Shown here piece after piece: positions 49,001 through 59,710 of a stretch of DNA of 64,000 bases. The DNA comes from Selaginella moellendorffii (taxonomy: Eukaryota > Plantae > Lycopodiophyta): contig NW_003314272.1 in assembly GCF_000143415.4 (NCBI RefSeq), forward strand, positions 530,184 to 594,183, read 5' to 3'. Every line of letters starts with the position of its first letter. Positions within the stretch are counted from its first letter, which is position 1. The notes beneath the pieces are model-generated. The model was not told the DNA's origin and did not search any database. It was given only the letters and a program-made list of their open reading frames with translations. Both the position numbers and the translations under genes were made by a program.

Positions 49001-51639
49001 GCCCTTGGAGTCAGAAGCAGATGACCCACCCGCTATTGCGTTGAAGACCCAGCTGAGCATTTCCCATGCTGCACCTGGAGCTTTCTTTGGATTCGAAAGC
49101 TCCATAGCCGTCTTCAGTTCCTCAGGCACGGGTAAATTGACCTCCCTCAGATCAATTCGATTGGCCTTGTCGAACGAAGCTGGGAAGTCACTCCAGTCCC
49201 ACTCTGCTGCAGGACCAATAACAAGGGCGAGTGTGAAGATGCGGACATTCGTCGGTATCTTCTTCTTAGCCATTATCCCTTGGATCTCTCGCATCTCCTT
49301 GCCTTTCAACCGAGCCTTCACCTCGTTCAAGGCCTTCCAGAACTTGTGATAGGATTCGGAGTCGTAGATCATATAGTGGACTGAAGATTCCACCTCCGCA
49401 AGTCCCACCATTAAGTCAATGATGGAGCTGACTTCGTCTGCATGAGTGATCTCCTCGTTTGTGAAGTCCATCACACAAAAGATGTTCTTGACCTGCTCAT
49501 CTCCGCGGGAAACGATGCTCCTCCACCTTTGATCCTCATCCGAATTCAAGTATACCCGGTAAGGTTCTCGATAGGCCTCTGCTGCGGGGTCGAGCTGTTT
49601 CTGAAGCCGACGGTCGACATCAATCTTAATGAAATTTGGATACTGATCCAACTTTTCAGCTTTACTTTTCGTGGCATCCCGCAGCAGATCGATGAACTTG
49701 GGGGCCCCCTTCACGTACTCGTCGATGTCTTCATTTGACAACTCCAGCGCTTCCATCATCTCTTGCGTGGTGTCGATGCTCACCCTCTCCACGGCCACTT
49801 GCTCGAAGATCCAATCCTTCAATAGCGCACGAGCTCTCAGAGTCGTGCACAAGTCCTCGTATGTCACAATATGGCCGAGAGTCATTTTGGTCTTGTTGAA
49901 GATTACCTCACCACGTAGAAGAGCATTAGCCACTGTCAGAAGGTCGTCGTCGTCTAGAGACCGCGAGAAACGCAAGGCGTTGAGCTTCAAATCATTGGGC
50001 TTCCGGCCGTCCTCCACACCCATTGAGTTTGGCAACTCCCCGTCATGGTACCTCCTCAGCACATCTACCCATTTGTCAAAAACAACTTTTGTCGCGAGTA
50101 GAATGTTATGGATGCTGAGTGTGTCATTGACCCCCAGTGTTTTCGAGAGAAGACTCGAGAATTCCTGCAATGGAAATGGCGTGAGGCCACATGCTATGCC
50201 ACATGCAACGAGGCTTACCTGCCAGGCGCTAGTTGCTAGTGCACGTCCTTGTCCTGGTTTTTGTGGCTTCTTCAGTTGAACCCAGAGCTTCCGTGTTCGT
50301 GCCAATGTCTCGTGCAGACCCGATTTGTAGCACGTTTCTTGCTTGACATTCTGCGCGTGGGAGATGTATATGATAGATCGGAGGGGCGAGTTGCCTTTTA
50401 TCAGGCGGACAACTCTTGTCTTGAAGACTTTCTTCACCTCCTCGCCCACCATAATATCCACAACTATCTCTTGCATCGCCAAGCTAGAATGCTGCCCGGA
50501 GACGGCATAGAACCGGATGTTCTGATCGTCCAACACCTTCCTATTGATCAAGTCTGGAAACCTCGTCTCGCCCTTCATTGTTCGGTAGTAGGGGATCACG
50601 TCTGCGATGTCGGGTGTTACTGGACTTGCCAGCATCTTCTGCTTCAGTTTCTCCACCCACTCATCAGATACTAGCCTGTGGTTGTATTTGCTTTGGATGT
50701 CGATACGGCTCACGTCGATTGTATATACATTGTTGGAATAGTAACAAGTACTATTATCTGCGACGATTTTTGCTGCCTCTTCTTGCTCTTTCTGCTCTTT
50801 GCGGCTCTTCTTTTTGGTGGGTGTAGTGTTCGAACCCGAGGCAATGGCATCACTGAGTAGCTTCTTTTTTGGAGCAGGAGAGTCGGACGTCGGCTTGAGC
50901 TTGACCACCCTTTTCTGCTTTGAGGTAGTTTCCAGATCGACCCCCTTCCCCTTTGCTTCGCGAACTGGAGTCACTCTCAACGGCTCAATGTTGGAATATA
51001 GTTTTTGAACATCGCCGTAGGTGAGGTCCGTGGATTCCATGTGATCTTCATAGACCCGCAGCGTCTTTGAAATTGTGGGCCTCCTGGACAACCTCTCCCT
51101 AGCTCCCTCTAGGAATTCCTCATAGCCGCTGCCCCCCTCCGGGAAGCCGCTAGGATGTGCAAGGTGGATCTTGAAGGCAGACGCTGTCTCTACCACAAGT
51201 GCCAGTCCATATTCTTGCATGGAACTACATGGAGTGTCTGTCACTTGGATGAGGATCCCCATGCATTCTTTTCTCCCACCATCTGTGTTGTACAGCCTCA
51301 GATCCTCGCCTTCTATCCCGAAAGTCCAACTGGTGAGCTCCTCCCCCTTCTCTGCATCCACATTGACAGTGGCTGGAAGAAGAACGCAATTCCTCGCCTG
51401 TTCAGAAATGCACAACAATTAGAGCTGACAGATGAAAAGCTAGTAGCTGGAAATAACGTGAGGCCACACGCCATTCACCACTGCATCAGATGTCTTGAGG
51501 CTGCATCCTAAGATGGCGTGAGGCTACACGCCATCTGTAACCGGACTGCACTCGAGAGCCCAATCGGTGCATGCCAATGTTGCTACTGAATGGCATGTGG
51601 CCTCATGCCATTTTCTACTTGGCCTAAAAGACTTACCAT
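46002..51639 (-). CDS. Transposon cargo gene, ~1650 aa: ParB/Srx-like domain, degenerate amino-methyltransferase-like domain, acidic linker, FCP1/NIF-like HAD phosphatase
   Basis: Exons 50219-51397, 48841-50164, 48704-48790, 48576-48647, 48383-48526, 47769-48335, 47697-47711, 47544-47651, 46912-47496, 46002-46864 join in frame through 45-57 nt GT-AG introns; putative start ATG at 51637-51639 is uncertain. Motifs AVSGQHS, VVEYNCGG, IVFDLNGVL, VWTS, IIDDSPIK. Confidence 0.75.
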
Positions 51640-51854
51640 TTGAAGCCGAATGGAGGCGTGACAACCGGACTCGCTGGCGAATGTGCACTGTGTGTGCAGC
51701 GGATTGTAGCAGCAAGGCTACTCTGCCACTTACAGTTGGAGAGTGGCGCTGAAATCTCCCGGGACGCCAAGTGGGCTGCGTGTGGGTGGCGGAGTGGGCG
51801 GCGGAGTTGGCGGCGAAGTTACAAACTGGGTGTGTCTTGAAGTGGACGCCGATG

Positions 51855-51990
51855 CACACGAGCGCGATGCGAGCGCGAGTGGACGCCGATGCACACGAGA
51901 AACCTGTAGAGAAGTGGGAGCGCGAGTGGGAGCGCGATGCGAGCGCGAGTGGGAGCGCGATGCGAGCGCGAGTGTGCGAGCGCGAGTACG
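51855..51990. repeat. CG-rich degenerate tandem repeat (GCGAGCGCGAGTGG-like)
   Basis: Direct inspection; lies upstream of the cargo gene. Confidence 0.75.
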
Positions 51991-52887
51991 AAGCAAAATG
52001 CAAAACCTAACCTCACACGCGCGAAATGTCACGACGGTTGGTAATCCCGCCACGTCATCATTTCTCGGACTTGGGCGCCACCATTAATTTCTGGATCGGC
52101 GCGCGCATGCGTGAAATCCAAAAGAAATCCGCAACGTCATCATTCCTCAGACTGCATGCACGCGAAATCCAAAAGAAAGATCATGATTGGGATATCATTT
52201 AATACCCTCGCTATATTTATACCATGCATGATTGGATATTCCAAAGCATCTTGTATTTCCAAAAATGCCAGATGTTCAGCTAAATAAATTGTCAGAGGAT
52301 TTGATGTGACGTTCAAGCATGTGGGCTCATGCAATTTTGATCCCAAAAAATGCACCAAAAAATGCTCGGCGTCATCTAGCGTTATCTCTTGAATGGCGTG
52401 GGGCCGCATGCCATTTTCAGGAGCACATAGGAGTATATTCCTAGAATATTCTGACATGCGCGAGATTGTTTTGAGTTTCCTGGAGATCCAACCGTTAGAT
52501 CGCAACTAGATTTTACAGAATGGTATACAATGTCTTTCTTGATGACCCTGCAAAGAAGCATCTCGATCGGACACCACATGAGACCACACGAGCCTTACAA
52601 TGTTTCAGGGGCATTTGCCATAGATCCGACCGTTATTTTGCTCCAAGATTCTACAGTTTGGTGTGCATTGACCTTTCCATCGACACTGCAAAGGGACATC
52701 ACAATCAGATGCGGGATCACAAGAAACCAACTTCACTAACTCTGGTTTCACCAAGATCTACGTAAGGAGTTATGAAATGAAAGGACCCTCTCTATTGAAA
52801 TGTGTTTATGGTCCTAAGGGCATTGTGACATATCCAAGGATTTTGCATCAAGTTCTGTATTTGCATGTTTATCAAGCTACTGAATTG

Positions 52888-52920
52888 CTAAACCCTAAAC
52901 CCTAAACCCTAACCCTAAAC
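52888..52920. repeat. Interstitial telomeric / telo-box cluster (AAACCCT)x~4
   Basis: ctaaaccctaaaccctaaaccctaaccctaaac. Confidence 0.85.
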
Positions 52921-54214
52921 ATGTGGCAAATGCTGCGTGAAGAAAGATGCCCTTTCTGGGCAAATGCTGTAAGAGGCAGATGCCGAGCAGATGTATCTCA
53001 GGCTAGCGAAGGGGACAAACGAAAGCTAGCTATAAACATGACGGGATGCAAATAGATTACTAGGCTGGTCCTGCGAAAATCAAAAACCATAATTGAAAAC
53101 ATTGAAAATGCAAAAAGAAAGGTTTATAATATTTTTGAATTTTAAGCAACCAAAGGAATGTAAGTAGGGCATGTGTTTGTAAGTTTAAAAATGCCTCAGC
53201 CATATAAATTCCCAAGTAAATAAAGCTGTTTCTATTTTTGGTACAGGTAAACTTTATAGCGTGTGGGCTCATGCAATTTTGAACCCAAAAATGCACCAAA
53301 AGATGCTCGACTAGCATTATTCTTTGAATGGCATGTGGCATTATATTGCCATAAATGGACGTACACACACAGCATAATTATTCCTTTACACGGCGAATAA
53401 TCTTGGCGCGGATCGCTGACATGGCATGGCAAAGTTCGAATCACTGACATGGCACAGCTGGATCGAGGCAAGGACATGATGTGACAAAGTTCAACCTCCG
53501 ACAGCAAAGTCTAGAAGCTACTCAGTTTGAAATTTGTCAGAGGAATCATAAGATCTGGTTTGTCAGAGGATTTGATGTGACGTTCAAGCGTGTGTTATTT
53601 TTGAATTCTCGAACTCATTCCTAGGTCTATCATTTTTGTGCGCCGTGTTCTTGGTTCCGCTGAGCGCAGTGAGCGCTGCTTGTGTAAGCGGCGTTGTGAG
53701 CTGTGGTTTATGCGTCTACAAGCGGTTGCGGCATTGCGAGCGCCATTGCGAGCGGCAGTTTATGCGAGTGGCAGTTTGTGCGAGCGGCGCTACGAGCAGT
53801 TGCGGTGTTGCGAGCGGCGCTACGAGTAGTTGCGGTGTTGCGAGCGGCACTGTCTTTGGTGTGGCTACTGCTTCCTCTTGATATTCGGCACTTGTGCTTC
53901 CTGGTATGTTCACCATGGAATGGTTTAGGACCACATTTAGAAATGGCATGAGGCCACATGCCATCTTGGGCCCTTGCAATTTCATGGCTAGCGTATTGTC
54001 ATGTATGTTTTTACTTGCCTGCAGCTGTGTGTATATCAAGATGGCATGAGGCCTCATGCCAATTTTGTGAATGCGAAATTTCATGTGGGTGTCAATAGCA
54101 TGTTTGAATAATGGCATGTGGCCTCATGCTATTGAGGTTGTTTGGTATGTTATGATTTAGGCCATTCTCCAATCATTTTTTGTATGGTCTTAACTTCTTT
54201 TCTGCACTTTCAGA

Positions 54215-57200
54215 ATGGCCTTCAGGGTTGGGGAAAAGGTTTACATTTTGAATGGTGGGAAGAGAGTTGCAAAAGGGACCCTTGTGTCTATGGATCGGAA
54301 CTTTGTTATACACTGTCAAAGGCTTGGGGAAGGCAATGCTGCTGTATCAGTAGAGACTGTCTTCGATGGGAATGTGGTCGCTATTGAACGAGGAGAGATG
54401 GTCGTCGGGGTAAATGTTGTTGTTGCCTTGAAAAATCTTCAGAAGAAAGCAGATGTTGGGGACAGCACAAGTGCGACGCATGTTCCCTCCGTGGATCTTA
54501 AGAACCGTGCTACATGGATTCAGGCAAAGGTGTTTCTAAACAACCCCGAGGGGGAGGTGGTAGCTGAGGGCTTAGCCACAGTTGTCGATCCAAGAGATGC
54601 GGTTGCTAATCAAGAATTGGGCTGGGATGATATTGGAGTTGCAATTTTAGAGGTTGTTGACACAGAAGAAAACAGTCTGACTATTGGAAGCATTGTGCGG
54701 TGGAAATTGAGGCATTTAGTGTTTGAGAATGTGAAGGATTCACAATCAAACACCACTACAACTGATGACAGAACATCTCTTCATGGGAAAAGAAAGTACA
54801 CCTTCCTACAGCGCAGCCAAAGGGATCTGAGCAACGAACCGAAAAGGCAGAAAATGGCGATGGAGGTTCGAATGGTCTCGACAGTTGCTTGTTGCAAGAG
54901 GAGGTGCTGTCAACATGCTGATTGGGATGCTATTGAAGAGGAGAGAGCAAGATACAAGACATTATCCTGGAAGGCAGCTCGCAATTTTGTGTATGAGGCA
55001 TTACGGTCATCTGTTGATGCTTCAGAACATCAGGTGGGGGGCATGGTCTTCCAGAGGGGTTTGGTCTGCATGAAGGCATGGAGAATCATTTATGGAGTCC
55101 CTCGAACCACATTCTACAGAATCAAAACTGAGTTCGAGGAACAAAGGGTTCAACAGGCAGTCCATGGGAACGACGGTACGCACAAAACCAGGGGTCATGT
55201 TGTATATGGAGAGGCAATCTTCAAGAGGTTTGTCGAGACATGTAGCGAGCAGCAACCACATAAAACCCGCCTCTTGGAAGATGGAACACGAGACACCCAA
55301 CGAGTTCTGCCTTCCATGTATACCAAGGGGGCCATATTGGAAGATGTGAATCGGGAACTCCAGAGTAATGGCTACAGGAAGCTGAGCCAATCTAGATTTA
55401 GTAGATTGTGGAGCAACAGGTTCAGGGATGTGAGTATAGGAAAGTACTCCAGCTTTTCAAAGTGTGACGAGTGCACTGCTATCAAAATGGCTTTGTCGAA
55501 GAATTCTTGCAGCGCTCAAGAGCGAGAGACGTTGGTTAGAAGGCGGCTCGACCACAACATCGAGCAGAGAAGCTGCAGGACTGCATATTATCATAACAGG
55601 ATTCTCTCCATGGAGAGACCTGACTCTTACCTCTGCATCATCCACGACAAAATGGATCAGAAAAAGACGTGCTTACCTCGACTCAATCCTGCCCCCAAGG
55701 CAATCTCTTCATCCATGCAGCTGCCTGTGTCTCTGTTTGGCATAATCGCTCATGGGCATGGTGCCCAGAACTATGGGAACTTCTTTGTGCCTCTATGGGG
55801 TGGCGGGGGTGCAAACATGATGATTGCGTCCTTAGCAAAACACTTAAGGTCTCTGCAAAGTGCGCAGACTGAGCTGAACGGCCAACCCTTGCATAAGGCC
55901 CTTGTCGATCGAACCCCATACAGGGTTCAGCTGGAGGAGGAGCAAAGGCTTGCAGTATCGCGTGGGGCCCCATGCCATCCTAGTGAATATGTTGGCCGTC
56001 AGATTGTAGGGTTATCACGTGAGGCCTCATGCCATTACGACGAGGCTGGTCGCCCGGTGAATGCACAGCCTCATCCAAACGAAGCAGAATCTCAAGGAAG
56101 TTCTTGCGGCCGATGTGGCCTTCCACCCCATCTTCTGCTCCAAACAGACAATGCTGGCAGTGAGAACAAAAACATGTACGTCTTCGCGTACTTGGCGATG
56201 CTTGTTGCCAAAGGCATATTTGAAACGGTTACACTTGGCTTTCTCATGGTTGGGCACACTCATGAAGACGTCGATGCCATGTTCAGTCACCTGGCAGAGT
56301 CCCTCTGGCGATCCAATGTCCTCACCCTCCCACAACTCTACGATGAATTCCAAAATTGCATCAAAGGCACTGTTGAAGCTGCACTTGTGACAGAGGTTCC
56401 AGACTTTAAGGGGTTTGTAAGAGGCTACATCAGGGACGGATCCGAAACGCTGATTGGCCACTCCAAGGCTCTTCAGTTTCATTTCAGCATGCGTGACGGT
56501 GCTCTAGTGATGAGGTACAAGATGAGAGAATGGGACACAGTGTGGCTGCCAGTGGATGGCATTGAACTCTTCAAGAGAGATCCCATAATTGGGGAACCTA
56601 TGATTCCTCAGGGTTCCCCACGGCCGATGCACCCGGATGGACTCAAAGACCAGGAAAGTATAGTGGCCGGGATTAGACAGCATATTGCCTTCTGGAAGAG
56701 GGGGTTGGTGTTTGGTGGAGAATCCTATTTTAAGAGGTGCAAGCCTTTGCTCGAATACTGGGAGAAGATTATATCTGCTATCCAAAATGGGCCGGTTGTA
56801 TATGAAGAATTGGAAGAGTCCTTTTGGCCAGAACCCAGAGCACCAGATAGTAGCGGAACAATGTCCTCTGGAAATGCAGTGACAGATAACGATGTTGAGG
56901 ATCACTATTGTGGGCCGAGGAACAAGAAGCCGGATTCAGCATTCAATCCAGTACAGGTCTGCAAAGGAATGGTCGTGCTTGTCAGACCCAGTAATAAAAA
57001 ACAAATGATATGGGTGGGGCGCTGCATCACTGATGCAGAGGAGGACGCGGAAACTAACTCCTTCAATGTAACTGTGGAGTGGTTCAAGCCAAGTTCCGGA
57101 TATACGAAGGATTGCCTAGAAAAGAGATGGGTGCTGAATCCAAGGGATCCCAGCATGAGCATATCGGTGGATAATGTTGTGCATGGTTGGATGCGGAAGC

Positions 57201-57283
57201 AGAGTGCCACCATCACCTTGCCAGACCATGCAAGAGATGCAGCAAGAGCATTCATAACCCGGGTTCAAGGTGAGATTCATTAA
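54215..57283 (+). CDS. Sola-like DDD transposase (1022 aa; possible extra terminal exon ending at 57356)
   Basis: CCKRRCC and CMKAW..IYGV; FSKCDEC; catalytic-type motifs CIIHDKMDQ, LLQTDNAGSENKN, FLMVGHTHEDVDAMFS; uninterrupted ORF within TIRs. Confidence 0.88.
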   Translation: MAFRVGEKVYILNGGKRVAKGTLVSMDRNFVIHCQRLGEGNAAVSVETVFDGNVVAIERGEMVVGVNVVVALKNLQKKADVGDSTSATHVPSVDLKNRATWIQAKVFLNNPEGEVVAEGLATVVDPRDAVANQELGWDDIGVAILEVVDTEENSLTIGSIVRWKLRHLVFENVKDSQSNTTTTDDRTSLHGKRKYTFLQRSQRDLSNEPKRQKMAMEVRMVSTVACCKRRCCQHADWDAIEEERARYKTLSWKAARNFVYEALRSSVDASEHQVGGMVFQRGLVCMKAWRIIYGVPRTTFYRIKTEFEEQRVQQAVHGNDGTHKTRGHVVYGEAIFKRFVETCSEQQPHKTRLLEDGTRDTQRVLPSMYTKGAILEDVNRELQSNGYRKLSQSRFSRLWSNRFRDVSIGKYSSFSKCDECTAIKMALSKNSCSAQERETLVRRRLDHNIEQRSCRTAYYHNRILSMERPDSYLCIIHDKMDQKKTCLPRLNPAPKAISSSMQLPVSLFGIIAHGHGAQNYGNFFVPLWGGGGANMMIASLAKHLRSLQSAQTELNGQPLHKALVDRTPYRVQLEEEQRLAVSRGAPCHPSEYVGRQIVGLSREASCHYDEAGRPVNAQPHPNEAESQGSSCGRCGLPPHLLLQTDNAGSENKNMYVFAYLAMLVAKGIFETVTLGFLMVGHTHEDVDAMFSHLAESLWRSNVLTLPQLYDEFQNCIKGTVEAALVTEVPDFKGFVRGYIRDGSETLIGHSKALQFHFSMRDGALVMRYKMREWDTVWLPVDGIELFKRDPIIGEPMIPQGSPRPMHPDGLKDQESIVAGIRQHIAFWKRGLVFGGESYFKRCKPLLEYWEKIISAIQNGPVVYEELEESFWPEPRAPDSSGTMSSGNAVTDNDVEDHYCGPRNKKPDSAFNPVQVCKGMVVLVRPSNKKQMIWVGRCITDAEEDAETNSFNVTVEWFKPSSGYTKDCLEKRWVLNPRDPSMSISVDNVVHGWMRKQSATITLPDHARDAARAFITRVQGEIH

Positions 57284-59710
57284 TATTCCTTTACTAAGTT
57301 TCTAATGTATTTTATTTCAAGGTGAACAATCCGAATCTGAATCAGAGGAGGCGTGATGGCATGTGGCCCTTTGCACTAGTATATCTTAATACCGGTCTGA
57401 GAAATAGAATGGCATGTGCCCTCAGGCCTTTTACTAAATCACCTTTGAAAGAAATGCAAGCCTCTATGTCGTAAAAAAAAGGTACTAGAGAAATTCCTTA
57501 ATAATATGAATGTTATTTAGTTTCATGAAAATACAATAAGGGTCAAATGAGTTAAATGACTTCTCCAGACTAGCAATGCCTCTTGCTACACCTTCACAAT
57601 TAGATTCGTTAGAAAAAGATAACATTGAATAATATCTAAATGTTCTCACCATTAAGTTATATGTCTGGCTAATAGGAATGACGTTCATCTTGGAAAGCTC
57701 ACCACACGCTCAATGAACAAACAAATAGTGTGTGCGCGCATGCCATCGCTCTTCTTTAGCTTCAGATTCGGCTTGTTCACCTTGACAATGAGATTTTTTA
57801 TACAACCAGATGGACTCAGTCTGGACACAAAGTCACCGCGCTAGTCACCATGCCCCAGATATGTCTAGCCCCTGGACAAAAAACATATAATTTCACGTCA
57901 TTTTCAAATACTTGAAAATTTGTACCTAGTCCCATTTTACTGAATAAATCCCACTTTAACAAAATAGAGCTTACTTGCCAAGTGAGATTGGCACGTCGGG
58001 GGAACAAAGACCCTAGTTGAAGGTGATATCTTCAAAAAGGGTGGGCCAGGGGGCCGAGCATGGAGGAGTCCATGCATGATCATAGACATGTCAAGTGAGA
58101 GGACTTGGCAGTGTGGAGGAACTAGGTTCCTAAGCTGTGATCTGTAGCGCGCTTTAAAAATAGGTTGGTGCACCGGCGTGGGGAGTCACGCCAGGCATCT
58201 AGTGTGATGCCGTCCGTAGATGCATATACGGAGGTTGGGTTCGAGTCCCGACCCTCTAGTGCTTGGGTTCGAGTCCCAAATCACTAGGGCGTGGTGATGG
58301 TTTGGAATATGAGGACACTCATATTTCGGTGGTCATGGACTCTCAGTGGGGAGACTGGTTTGGGCACACCGCCAAGCGAGGGATGCCTCGGAGTCGTGAT
58401 GCACGGTTAGATTGCTTAGTGTGAAAGCTCGGCATATCTAACTTGAACGCTTTGATGCAAGTGGCACCAAGGTCGTGGTGAGTGAGATGGGGACACCTAA
58501 TCTCAGTTGCTATGAACCCTTGGCCGTAAGGGCTAGCTTGGATGCCCCCGGGGTTATAGTCAACAACTTGGAGGTCTAGAAGACCAAGTACCTCTTGGCA
58601 ACTCTGTTAAGGTGCCAAGGTGAGATCACTAGGTGATCTTATGGCCAGATAAGGACAAGGTCCTTGGTTGGCTAAGGAATGAAGTTCCTGGTTCAAAATG
58701 TTGAAATTGAATTGTTTAAGATGGTGTGGCTTGGTTGCGATGACCAAGTGGGAAGAGCACCTAAGGGAAATAAACTATGTCCGTCCGATGGCATAGTGAG
58801 TCCGAGGAAAGTAGTCTCTATAAAAGACCCATGGGAGGGTCACAAAGTTGGGCCATGGATAGAGCCCATAGCAGAATATGCTAAAGAGACATACTAGGGG
58901 TGAACATCCTCCGGACTTGGCAAAGAAGAGTCTTTGCTATGGAACCGAAAGGATACCTCAAAAATGGAGGTAGCGATCCGATGTTGCTGGGTGCAACAAT
59001 CAAGGATAGGAGCAAAGGACTAGTGGCCAAAGTTTGGGCCATGGAATTTAATGGAAGGGATCCAAATGGCAAAGTTAGCCAAGGAACACTAATGTGTTCG
59101 ATGCTAACAGCTTGTGGGAAAGGAAGCGGACTTTCAAGGATGGATTCCTAAGTGCTCCAATTTGGCGAAGTAAAGGCTCCAAATGATAGGGCCATGGACA
59201 GCCCTAGCACAAAGTATGATAAATGGAACTTAGTGCCCAAGGTGGCAAGAAATAGAAGAGAGGATGATGGTGCCCTCAAGTAATGAACTTCCTAGGATAG
59301 GGAAGTGGAGTTGCACAATCTGTGCAATGCAAGGTGTTAGAGACACCTAGGAAATTGACTCCCAAAAAGTCAAAAGAGTAAAAGTTCCAAGGTGCAAACA
59401 TTCAATAGATGGAAATTAAGACTACTCGAGAAGGAGTAGTGGGATTGACTTAGAGAAGGGTCTCTAAGAGGTTTAGCGAGAACTAAACCAATAAAAGGGG
59501 AGAACCATTACATGTGGTCCAATCAGTCTCTAAGTTGGAGAGACTACGCTCCTTAAAGGATGGACAAGGCATGGTGAGCCTTTGATGTCAAACCATAGAC
59601 AAAGATTGGCTAGGTGCCAAGGATGGAAATGGTAACACGTGTGGGTGTTACTTTATGAAAGGGTTTACCGTTCGATGAGGACATCGAACTTCGTCTATGG
59701 GTGGTGGAGT

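Larger units (their letters stand above)
45560..57972. mobile_element. Intact 12.4-kb cut-and-paste DNA transposon, Sola-like
   Basis: TIRs AAGCTCTATTTYGTTAAAGTGGGA (24 bp, 1 mismatch); TSD ACTT at 45556-45559 and 57973-57976; empty site GAAGGACTTGCCA in element A at ~62131. Confidence 0.9.

Noticed and set aside
47023-57430. Palindromes as CRISPR repeats or MITEs
   Set aside because: Spacing is irregular (60 bp to kb), several lie in coding frames, and no TSDs are evident.
58213-58280. Functional tRNA gene
   Set aside because: No acceptor stem or D-arm/A-box found; kept only as a B-box-like observation.
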